A DNA stretch of 62,100 nucleotides, filler included. It is 4 parts of 4 records of this genome, joined end to end, with 100 filler letters (N's around TTAATTAATTAA, not from the genome) between each part and the next. Parts side by side here need not be neighbours in the genome. Positions count along the whole stretch, not along the records: positions 10,224 to 32,029 come from SRR20825006_1041; 3 more parts are not named here. One strand, given 5' to 3'. The notes below the pieces were generated by a model. That model made no database searches. It saw only the letters and a program-made list of their open reading frames with translations, and was not told the DNA's origin. Shown here piece after piece: positions 13,351 to 22,049 of this stretch (position 1 is its first letter; every line of letters starts with the position of its first letter). The translations under genes were made by a program, and so were the position numbers.

Positions 13351-14485
13351 TCGTCCGAAAATCCTGTTCGTTGGTGGTTCTGGTGTGCCCTCCGGCGTTC
13401 CAACCTTTATCAAGGCGGTGATCGAGGCCGCAGGCGATGACATCGAAAGTGTTGTTGTGTCCGAACCGGATCAGGGGGGCTATGGCCGATTGGCGACGGG
13501 GGCGCGCCACATCGCCGTGGATGGGTTGGCGACCACACTCAATCCTTTTCATCAACGTCGTGCCCGCGCCCGTCTTGAACACGTTATTTTGAGCGAAAAG
13601 CCATCCTTGGTCTGGGCTCATGCGCGCATGGCCGTTCATCTGTGCCGTGATCTTTTTTCGGAAACCACGCCAAGTTTTTCACGCCTCGCCGTCAGTTTGC
13701 ATGGGCTGCCCTTTGGCCCCGGTCACCGACCGTCCCTGAAAGCCATGTCAAAATTCATCGAGATGCGCCACCTGCGCCATACGCGCCCGCATCATATTCA
13801 CCTGCTGACCCAAGAAGATGTGCAGTTCTACTGCGCCGCTTTGCCGCCCTCCATGGTCGGGCGCCATGATTTTCAGACCCTTGGCACAGTGTCGCATATG
13901 GGTTTGGCTCACACAGCACCCAGTCAGACACTCACCGGGCCGCTACGCATCGTGATGACCACACGCGCGAGCTATCAAAAAAATCTGATCGAAGCCGCGC
14001 ATATTCTTGCGCGTGTCACAATCCCTTGGCGGCTTGATCTGTGGGGCGCAGGCACACAATCCGAAGCTCTGATCAAAAGATTTCGCGCCGTTCTGGGTCC
14101 ATTGTTAGATCGAGTCCGCTTTCATGGCCCGACCCGCGATGTTGCGTCCGCTTTGAGTGACGCGGATTTGTATCTTTTGACATCGCGCTATGAGGGCATG
14201 TCGATCGGCGTACATGAGGCGTTTGAATGCGGTCTTGCCCTGGCCCTGAGCGACATTCCCGCAAACCAAGTGTTCCTCAAGGCGCATCCCTTTGCCGCAG
14301 CTTTGCCTTTGGGTCAGCCATCAGAGGCGGCTCTCAGACTGGATCAGCTTTATACCCGCCTCACTCGAGCGCCGGACTACCGTGTGACATCGCACACCGC
14401 TTGGCGGTCCAGTTTTAGCCCGGAGTTGTGGACCCAACAGGCCCGCCAAATGGTGCGTGATATTCTGAATCGCCCACTTAGGTGA
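13343..14485 (+). CDS. Glycosyltransferase family 4 (GT-B)
   Basis: SGVPTF N-terminal loop, QKNL, ADLYLLTSRYEGMSIGVHEAFECG (E-x7-E motif); overlaps GT2 stop. Confidence 0.88.
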   Translation: MRDRPKILFVGGSGVPSGVPTFIKAVIEAAGDDIESVVVSEPDQGGYGRLATGARHIAVDGLATTLNPFHQRRARARLEHVILSEKPSLVWAHARMAVHLCRDLFSETTPSFSRLAVSLHGLPFGPGHRPSLKAMSKFIEMRHLRHTRPHHIHLLTQEDVQFYCAALPPSMVGRHDFQTLGTVSHMGLAHTAPSQTLTGPLRIVMTTRASYQKNLIEAAHILARVTIPWRLDLWGAGTQSEALIKRFRAVLGPLLDRVRFHGPTRDVASALSDADLYLLTSRYEGMSIGVHEAFECGLALALSDIPANQVFLKAHPFAAALPLGQPSEAALRLDQLYTRLTRAPDYRVTSHTAWRSSFSPELWTQQARQMVRDILNRPLR

Positions 14486-17111
14486 TGATCAGAATGTCGT
14501 TGGCGATGCTGCCAATATCGGTGACGCCCAACAGAGAGATCGTATTGCCGTCGCCGAAGTCAAAGACGATATTGCCATCCACCACATCAGCATAATTGCT
14601 CACAAGAGCGTTGATGTCGGTGCCTGCAATGGTGCCGTCGATGAAAAGGCGGTCCACGCCGATTTCGTAATCTGCAATGCGGTCAGCGCCGTCGTTTTCA
14701 TAAAACACGAACTTATCCGCGCCATTGCCGCCGAGCATGTAGTCGTTCCCAGCGCCACCAACAACGGTATCATTGCCGTTCCCGGCGCTCAGAGTGTCAT
14801 TGCCCTGATCGCCATACATACGATCATTGCCGCTGTTGCCAATCAACCGGTCAGCACCCGTGTTGCCAAAGAGGACGCCGCTGCCGCTGCCATCAAGCAA
14901 GGTGTCATTGCCGGATCCACCAAACATTTGGTTGTTGCCGTAAATGTCATAGAGCACGTCGTCACCAGCGTCTCCCAGCATCCGGTCACCACCAGCCTCG
15001 CCATTGAGGCGATCATGGCCAATGCCGCCGTTGAGCACGTCAAAATTGTCACCCCCGGTCAGGGTGTCATTGCCACCGCCGCCGATCAAAATATCGTCGC
15101 CGTTTCGGCCCATCATAAAGTCATTGCCAGCCCCGCCTGAGAGGATGTTGTTGCCATGGGTGCCGCGCAGGTCATCGTTGTATGCGGAGCCGGTGAGGTT
15201 CTCGATGGAAGAGTAGGTATCCCCCGCAGAATCGCCGGTGCCGGAACCGCCATTGATGAGGTCAGCAATCACGATCCCGGACGCGTTGGAATATGAGGCT
15301 GAATCGGTGCCAGCCCCGCCACGCAAAATGTCGGCCCCGTCGCCACCAACCAAAACGTCGTTTCCGCGCATCCCCTGAAGAATATTTGCGCCGCTGTTGC
15401 CGTACAAAACATCGTCGCCATCGCCGGTCACGATATTCTCGACCGAGCCGTTGAGTGTCACCCAAGTGGCATTGCCGACTTGCACAGAGGAGGTGAGATT
15501 GGCCAGAACATCGCCGGTGATTGCCGCCATGTTGATCCAGTCTGTGCCCCCGTCCGTGTCGGCCAAGGTGCCGCGGCTGCTTTCCAGCGCCAGCATCGTT
15601 AAAAAGTCGTCTGTGTAGGTGTAGACAGAATTTGCCGTGGCCTCAGCGCCCTGGAATTCAATCGTGATATAGTCGATGTAGTAATAATCACTGTCACCGG
15701 AGAAATTGTCTGCCACCACAACGGACCATGTTCCAACCGACGACATGCCCATGACGGCGGCGACACCAAAGGTCCAAGTGCCCAAATCTGCCGACCCGCC
15801 CTCTTGGTCCAAAAGGGGAATATAGGTGCCATCCGGTCCCACCAGATAGATAGTGAGATCCTCCATGTAATAGTGATCCGTGCTGATCGTCACATTGATA
15901 TGTTCCAGCGCGATATCGGTGTTGCAGGTCACCGTGGATATGGCGCCAGTTGAGTTGCTAATCCGCTGGTTGGTGTTGTTGGTCAGGGTGACAGAGTCGA
16001 TATTGGCCGTTGTCTTGGCTGTGTCGTAAAGGTCGAGCCAAACTTCGGCCATACGCACGGCGGCGTAAGCGTCCACCATCCCGTAGCCATAATTCAGGTG
16101 AAAGCTGTTGCCGCCGCCGTTCCAATTGTTCGCGTCATTGATGCCCCACTGCGCAACCTCATACCCGGTCGCGCTTGAGCCAATATTGCTGCCAGTCAAG
16201 GAGGCGGACATGGCAAGGATCATGCGGACATCGCGCCAGCCGAGGTTTTCATTGGCATCCAACATCAGCGCGGTCACACCGCTCACCACAGGAGTCGCCG
16301 CGGAGGTTCCGCCAAAATTGGTGGCCCATGCTGTGTCGGAATAGCCGCCCGTGCCGACGATGTCCGTGGTCTCGGATGCAGCGGGTGCCGTCACCAAAAC
16401 GTTCGCGCCAAAGTTTGAATAAGATGCGGCATCGCCATTTTTATCCGTTGCCGCGACCAAAATGATCTCAAACGCGGAATTGAGTTCGTCACCCTGTGCG
16501 TTGCCGTAGACACCGTAGTCCTGATAATAAGAGTTGTTTGCCTCGTTCCCGGCAGCTTTGACGATGATCGAGCCAAGCCCGTCACGCCCGTTTGCCGTCG
16601 CATAGACCACCCCGTCTTGATAGATGGAGGCGTTACCGCTTGAGGTGCTGGAAATGGAATTATAAACTGAATCATACATGGGGGTAGACCCCCATGAGTT
16701 GTTGATGATGTCGAACTTCGCCATTTCGTTCATCAGGTTTTTGAACGCAGTGATCCCGGACATCCCATTGAGCAACAGGTCCTGGCCATCATTGAGAAAA
16801 TCGACGCTTGTCAGTTCGCTCCCAAAGGCCACGCCAACACCGTAGGAACCGTTTTCTGCACCGGCAATAATCCCGCCAACGGCGGTGCCATGTGAGTCCG
16901 TGTTGGTGTTGTAGTCGCCATCGACACCAGCGACGTTTGACTCGAGTGTCGCGTCGTAATTGCCCACCAGATCGGGGTGATCGACGTCCATGCCATCGTC
17001 ATACACGGCCACGTTGACGCCGGAGCCATTGAATTCGCTCCAGATCTTTTCGATGTCGCCAATAAGGTCAAAGTGCCATTGCAGGTTGTATTTCGGGTCT
17101 GTCGGTACCAT
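14478..17111 (-). CDS. Kexin/furin-like S8 serine protease with P-domain and RTX Ca-binding repeats (likely type I secreted)
   Basis: Triad motifs VYDDG, SHGTAVGG, GGTSAATP; oxyanion AAGN; YGYGMVDA; P-domain LEHINVT..DLTIYLVGPDGT; many GGxGxD nonapeptides; no signal peptide. Confidence 0.92.
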   Translation of the reverse strand: MVPTDPKYNLQWHFDLIGDIEKIWSEFNGSGVNVAVYDDGMDVDHPDLVGNYDATLESNVAGVDGDYNTNTDSHGTAVGGIIAGAENGSYGVGVAFGSELTSVDFLNDGQDLLLNGMSGITAFKNLMNEMAKFDIINNSWGSTPMYDSVYNSISSTSSGNASIYQDGVVYATANGRDGLGSIIVKAAGNEANNSYYQDYGVYGNAQGDELNSAFEIILVAATDKNGDAASYSNFGANVLVTAPAASETTDIVGTGGYSDTAWATNFGGTSAATPVVSGVTALMLDANENLGWRDVRMILAMSASLTGSNIGSSATGYEVAQWGINDANNWNGGGNSFHLNYGYGMVDAYAAVRMAEVWLDLYDTAKTTANIDSVTLTNNTNQRISNSTGAISTVTCNTDIALEHINVTISTDHYYMEDLTIYLVGPDGTYIPLLDQEGGSADLGTWTFGVAAVMGMSSVGTWSVVVADNFSGDSDYYYIDYITIEFQGAEATANSVYTYTDDFLTMLALESSRGTLADTDGGTDWINMAAITGDVLANLTSSVQVGNATWVTLNGSVENIVTGDGDDVLYGNSGANILQGMRGNDVLVGGDGADILRGGAGTDSASYSNASGIVIADLINGGSGTGDSAGDTYSSIENLTGSAYNDDLRGTHGNNILSGGAGNDFMMGRNGDDILIGGGGNDTLTGGDNFDVLNGGIGHDRLNGEAGGDRMLGDAGDDVLYDIYGNNQMFGGSGNDTLLDGSGSGVLFGNTGADRLIGNSGNDRMYGDQGNDTLSAGNGNDTVVGGAGNDYMLGGNGADKFVFYENDGADRIADYEIGVDRLFIDGTIAGTDINALVSNYADVVDGNIVFDFGDGNTISLLGVTDIGSIANDILIIT

Positions 17112-17203
17112 CTGGTCCCCTACTCATAATAAGACAAGCTCACTTGGTTATTTCATAAAAAACGAACTGAATTAAGACATTATTTATGAATTTTAACGCG
17201 ATT

Positions 17204-19906
17204 TTATGTGATGAGAATGGAGTCCGCCAAAGATGACAAATCGTTGATATTGTTCAAAACAATGATATCTCCCCCGCCAAAGTCGAAAATCGCATCGGTG
17301 CCGCTGAGCGTACAATAGGTCGCGATGGTATGGTTGGCATCGTAATTTCCATCGGTCAGAACGGCGTTGATGAAGAGACGGTCAATTCCGATCTCGAAGT
17401 CCGTAATCGTGTCCATTTCACTGCCGTCACGGAACACAAAAATATCCGCGCCGTTTCCCCCGGTGAGACTGTCGTTCCCTGAGCCGCCCGTCATCCGATC
17501 AATACCGTTGCCGCCAGACATGATGTCATCGCCCGCATCGCCGAGCATACGATCATTGCCCCCGCCTCCATTCATGCGGTCATGTCCTGCGTTCCCGGCC
17601 AAAACACTGTTCCCTGACCCATCCAGCAAAAAGTCATCGCCATTCCCGGCAATCAACCACCCCACACCTTCTAAATTCAGGAGCGTGTCATCCCCGTCCT
17701 CACCAACAAGACGATCATTGCCGCTGTCGCCGACCAATCGGTCCTTCCCGTTGCCGCCGTTTATAATGTCATTCCCGGCCCCACCATAGACAGTGTCATT
17801 GCCATGGCTCGCGATAACGATGTCATCCCCACCCCCTGCTTCGACATAGTCATGACCAAGCCGTGTATAGAGGTGATTGTCGCCATCATCGCCATAAACA
17901 ATGTCGTTGCCATCCCCGCTGATCAGGTTCTCCATGCCAATATAGCTGTCCCCTTCAGCGCCCAATCCGACATTGTCGTCTGGATTCAAAAGGCTCAGCG
18001 TCAGGTCGGTGACGAACTCGCTGTAGCTGGCCGTATCAAAGCCACCGCCGCCATCCAGAATATCCGTGCCCAGTCCGCCGACCAAAATGTCATCACCATC
18101 CTGGCCCACAAGCCTGTCATTGCCGTCGAAGCCTGAGAGTGTGTTGTTCTCGGCGTCCCCCTTGATCACGTCATCATACTGTGTCCCGATCACATTTTCG
18201 ATCGACATCAGAGTGTCAGACGCCGCAGCTCCTGAGTTGAGCGCGCTGAATTGCAAATCGATATTGGCCGCGATTGCGGACAAGCTGTAGTCAACCGTAT
18301 CGATGCCATCGCCACCGTTGATGGTGTCTCCGCCGCTGGAGGCCACAAAAACATCCGCGCCCCCAAGGCCAAGCAAAATGTCGTTGGAGGAGGTGCCCGA
18401 AATGATGTCGTTGCCGTCTGTCCCCTCGATTGTCGCCACGGCAGAATTGTCGATCCGTTCTCCGATGATGACGTGATCGGCGTTAAACAAAATCGTATCC
18501 ACAAATGCGGCGAGTGGGACAGGCATCCCGTCATAGGTGGTCACGACAATACGCTCACCACCGAATGTCAGCACAAAGCCGGTCGTTGTCATTTCAATTT
18601 CGACACTGTTTGCCGAGCCTGACAACGGGAAATGGGACAGATCAATGATATCGGATGCATAATTGAAATCGGTGACGTAATCCGTAACCCCATCGGGCCG
18701 AAACTGAAAAATATCGGCGCCGTTTCCCCCGGTCATCGTATCGCTTCCTGCGCCATCGACAAGAATATCTGCGCCGCCGTTTCCCGATAGGGTACTGCCG
18801 GTGTCCGTGGCGATGATGATGTCGTCATCTGCGGTGCCTGTGCTCGCCGACAAAACCGCGCCTTGATTGGAAACATCGACCGCGATCCGGGTCAGGCCGG
18901 TGTCGCCGGTGGATGTGGCGATCAATTCCAAGCCGTTGTTCGTGGCGACAAAAGTCAGCGAAGACACGTTCAAAAGGGCCGTGTCAAAGGTGTCAATGAC
19001 GCTGCTCCAAAGGACCAGGGTCCCGTCTGGCAAAACCTTAAAGAGCGACAGACCGCCGTCATTGCCAGCAACAGCCAAATAGGCGGTGCCATTATAGTCT
19101 ATGACATCAAGCGCGGACGCCCCGTCAAAGCGCGTGCCCAGTGTGTCGATGACCTGGTCAATGGCCGCCAATTGCCCCGTATCTGTCACTTCCAGGACGG
19201 TGATAGATCCGCTGTCAGCAGCGGTCATAAACACCAGCGTTTTCCCGCCATAGTCCAGGCTCTGAAGATCCGTGGGCGTTGTCACCGGCAGGCCTTCATT
19301 CGCACTGTAGCTGTCCACCTCTGTCAGCCCCCCGCCTGCGCCGATCTCAAGCAAAGTCAGACCATGTTCGGTGGCAGAGGCTGCCAAAACATAGGCCGTG
19401 CCATTGACCGTCATGGTGCAGAGCGCGCTGATGTCACTCAGATGGGTCGTGTCGTCATCGTAAAGGGTTTGTGCGTCGCCTGCGACAGCAGAGGCGTTGA
19501 TTGAAAAGACAGAGAGGCCAGTGCCTTCGGAGAGCGCTGCGAGCACATGGGTCACGCCGTTGATCTCGATCGTGGCAATCTCCGCACGATTTGAGTGGCT
19601 GGTGGATTGGTTCAGCTGGACACAATGTGAACCGCCCTCACCGAGCTGAGCAAGTGCCAAAAGCTCCGCCTTTGGGATGATAAAATCGGAGCCTTCAATC
19701 GAAATCGAGGCAAAGCCTTCTGAACTTATGGCCTCTGTTGAAAAACTGAGATCGGTTCCGCCAATGATCTGTGTCGAGGCTTTTGTGCCCGAGGCTGTGT
19801 CGTAAAACACGAACGCGCCATTGGCATTCAACAGGCCCGTTGTCACCTGTGAAAGGAAAAATGCGTCGTCAGCCCAGAGCGTTTCTAAAATTGACAGGGA
19901 CCCCAT
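17204..19906 (-). CDS. Large RTX Ca-binding protein with N-terminal beta-propeller-like repeats
   Basis: ATG 19906 after GGAGG; ~50-aa repeats (NGxxYVxAA..GLTxxxV..GxL..D) then two blocks of GGxGxD repeats; no signal peptide. Confidence 0.85.
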   Translation of the reverse strand: MGSLSILETLWADDAFFLSQVTTGLLNANGAFVFYDTASGTKASTQIIGGTDLSFSTEAISSEGFASISIEGSDFIIPKAELLALAQLGEGGSHCVQLNQSTSHSNRAEIATIEINGVTHVLAALSEGTGLSVFSINASAVAGDAQTLYDDDTTHLSDISALCTMTVNGTAYVLAASATEHGLTLLEIGAGGGLTEVDSYSANEGLPVTTPTDLQSLDYGGKTLVFMTAADSGSITVLEVTDTGQLAAIDQVIDTLGTRFDGASALDVIDYNGTAYLAVAGNDGGLSLFKVLPDGTLVLWSSVIDTFDTALLNVSSLTFVATNNGLELIATSTGDTGLTRIAVDVSNQGAVLSASTGTADDDIIIATDTGSTLSGNGGADILVDGAGSDTMTGGNGADIFQFRPDGVTDYVTDFNYASDIIDLSHFPLSGSANSVEIEMTTTGFVLTFGGERIVVTTYDGMPVPLAAFVDTILFNADHVIIGERIDNSAVATIEGTDGNDIISGTSSNDILLGLGGADVFVASSGGDTINGGDGIDTVDYSLSAIAANIDLQFSALNSGAAASDTLMSIENVIGTQYDDVIKGDAENNTLSGFDGNDRLVGQDGDDILVGGLGTDILDGGGGFDTASYSEFVTDLTLSLLNPDDNVGLGAEGDSYIGMENLISGDGNDIVYGDDGDNHLYTRLGHDYVEAGGGDDIVIASHGNDTVYGGAGNDIINGGNGKDRLVGDSGNDRLVGEDGDDTLLNLEGVGWLIAGNGDDFLLDGSGNSVLAGNAGHDRMNGGGGNDRMLGDAGDDIMSGGNGIDRMTGGSGNDSLTGGNGADIFVFRDGSEMDTITDFEIGIDRLFINAVLTDGNYDANHTIATYCTLSGTDAIFDFGGGDIIVLNNINDLSSLADSILIT

Positions 19907-20037
19907 GCCCACCTCCGTCTACCACCAAGGGCAGAATGCGGGCGAAGTGTTTAAGGTGGCCTTTTTCAAATCGGGCATAAAAACGGCAAGAGTTTCAGAA
20001 TTGAATCAACTCTCGCATACCCTGTTTGCCAAAGCGG

Positions 20038-21036
20038 TTATGAGATCTGTTCAAGCTGGTAAATCTGACGCGCGATGGCGGCGGTCACGCCGGGGCCGAC
20101 CTGTCTTGGGGTCACATGGGTTTGCGGATCAATGCGATTTGGTGACATTGAAAACGCCGGGCTATGTTGCTGTACTCTTTTCTCAAACCTTTGATTTTTT
20201 TCGACAAAACTTGCCTTCAATGTGGCAATCTGCGCGGGTGTGAAAATCGTCGTCGGGGCTTTGTCAAACCGATCGAGCAAAGCCTGGCGCGCAGCGTCAT
20301 AGATGGCATGTGGCGGCCGGGCAGGGGTGGTTAATTCTGTCGCAAGCAACTGTGCCAAAGGATCAGGTGAGGTGTTGGCCTGTTTGGTCTCTTTCAAAGT
20401 GCCCTCTGCCACCAAATCTGACCCTGTCACATTCAACAAAGCCTGCAAAATGCCGCCGGGCAGGGTTTTGACCGTCTCATAGTCAAAAATGGTGATCTGA
20501 TCGGGGCAAAAACCCTCTTCCAGAGTGTCCAAAACCAGATTGTGATCGACAGGGACGCCAGAGGCCAAGCCTGTCGCAATGGCCCGCTGAACAAAGCCCT
20601 GTATCGCGGGAAAACGTCCGCTTTTGGCCACTTCCTGCCAAATCGACTGTGTCAATGCGATCGGGTCGCGCGCGTAATACACGATGCGGACCTCCTCAAA
20701 CGGACTCAAAAGCCCCGCCAATTCTTTGAAATCGACCCGCGCGGGTTCAAGCCGCGTGAAAGGTTCGCCAGACAGGATAAGCGTCCCGTCCTTCGGCGCA
20801 TATGTGTCGATGATTTTCGTCCAAAGCGCGTCTATGCCGCCGTGGCTTTTCAAAGAGAGGTCAAAATCCGGGTTCGGAATCCATTTGGCGGTTAAAATGT
20901 GATGGGCCGGATTGGGGCCGATGTCGGGGTAATACAGGCCCGCCTGTTCGAGACGAGCCCGGTTGGCAAACAACCGACGCTGAATATAGCTCGTGCCGGT
21001 TTTGTGCGGACCGATATGCAAAACGACCTTGGCCAT
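20038..21036 (-). CDS. Sulfotransferase-like P-loop protein
   Basis: LHIGPHKTGTSYIQ (5'-PSB-like loop), ILSGE, YARDP...QSIWQE (3'-PB-like), ANTS. Confidence 0.72.
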   Translation of the reverse strand: MAKVVLHIGPHKTGTSYIQRRLFANRARLEQAGLYYPDIGPNPAHHILTAKWIPNPDFDLSLKSHGGIDALWTKIIDTYAPKDGTLILSGEPFTRLEPARVDFKELAGLLSPFEEVRIVYYARDPIALTQSIWQEVAKSGRFPAIQGFVQRAIATGLASGVPVDHNLVLDTLEEGFCPDQITIFDYETVKTLPGGILQALLNVTGSDLVAEGTLKETKQANTSPDPLAQLLATELTTPARPPHAIYDAARQALLDRFDKAPTTIFTPAQIATLKASFVEKNQRFEKRVQQHSPAFSMSPNRIDPQTHVTPRQVGPGVTAAIARQIYQLEQIS

Positions 21037-22046
21037 TATCCATGCGCCTCTTGTTTTATCTTAATCATCTTGCGGGACAGGGCCTGAAAAAACGCTGCGC
21101 CGACCTGGTTGCGTGTCGCGCGCCCTTGCAAAGGCGCGTCAATCGGGGTCATGCGAAACTTGGGTTGGGTTGCGGCAATCAATCGTTCGAGCGCGCGGTT
21201 CTTCGGTTCATATGTCTCAATCAAAGTGTCGATCTGAGCCTTGGAAAACAACGTGGTGCGTGTCTCTGCTCCAAATGTCTCAATGACCGTTTTTCCCGCA
21301 GCCCGCACAAGCCATTGCGGAGCTTTGTGGGTCTGGGCAACGAAATTGGCCGCAAATGTCGCCAAAGGTTCAGGCGATACATTTGAATGCCGCTGTGCGT
21401 CAAAGGGTTGTAGAGCCTTGGGGTCGATTTGGATGCCGGCTTCTTGCAGCACGGCGCCGACAATCCCTCCCTCCTGTGCAGAGGCGCGCTCATAGTTGAT
21501 CAAACGGATTTCGTTGAGGTCAAAGCCGTTGGAAATATGGCGCACAAGCCGATGGTAATTTGTAAACAAGCCTTCGACCAAATCGCGCTCGACCACGGTG
21601 TCAACATAGGCATCAATGTTGCCGGGATTGCGGTCGTCGGAAACCTGTTGATACACCGATTGAATAAATCCGCTTTGCGTGCGCAATGCACAGATCACTT
21701 TGATCTCATCAAAATCCGAAACCAAGCCGCGCAATTGCGCCATCTCGACATGGCGCGGGTTCCAACGCGAAAACTCTTCGGAGCTGATAAAAACAGTGTC
21801 GCTGGCTTTCATCCGCCGCAAAATCCCCCGGTTCAGCGTTTGCAGCCGACGTTCGGGGTTTTTGTAAGAATAACGCGGACCCAACGGAATCCAGCCCGAG
21901 GCCAGGCCGTGATGCCCGCGTTCATGACCCAGCGTTGGATAGACCAAACCGTGTGCGCGAAGCAGCCTGCGGTTTTTGTAAAGTGTATCCTGAATGTGGG
22001 TTGTGGCCGTCTTATGTGTGCCCATATGGATCACGAGTTTGGGCAT
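21036..22046 (-). CDS. Sulfotransferase-like P-loop protein (paralog of the neighbouring gene)
   Basis: IHMGTHKTATTHIQ, FISSEEF, ALRTQ...QSVYQQ, SNVS. Confidence 0.72.
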   Translation of the reverse strand: MPKLVIHMGTHKTATTHIQDTLYKNRRLLRAHGLVYPTLGHERGHHGLASGWIPLGPRYSYKNPERRLQTLNRGILRRMKASDTVFISSEEFSRWNPRHVEMAQLRGLVSDFDEIKVICALRTQSGFIQSVYQQVSDDRNPGNIDAYVDTVVERDLVEGLFTNYHRLVRHISNGFDLNEIRLINYERASAQEGGIVGAVLQEAGIQIDPKALQPFDAQRHSNVSPEPLATFAANFVAQTHKAPQWLVRAAGKTVIETFGAETRTTLFSKAQIDTLIETYEPKNRALERLIAATQPKFRMTPIDAPLQGRATRNQVGAAFFQALSRKMIKIKQEAHG

Positions 22047-22049
22047 GGC

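Noticed and set aside
14700..18800. Repetitive GCCGCC/TCATTGCC DNA suggesting a tandem or CRISPR-like array
   Set aside because: Fully explained by GGxGxD RTX coding repeats; no constant repeat-spacer structure and no cas genes.
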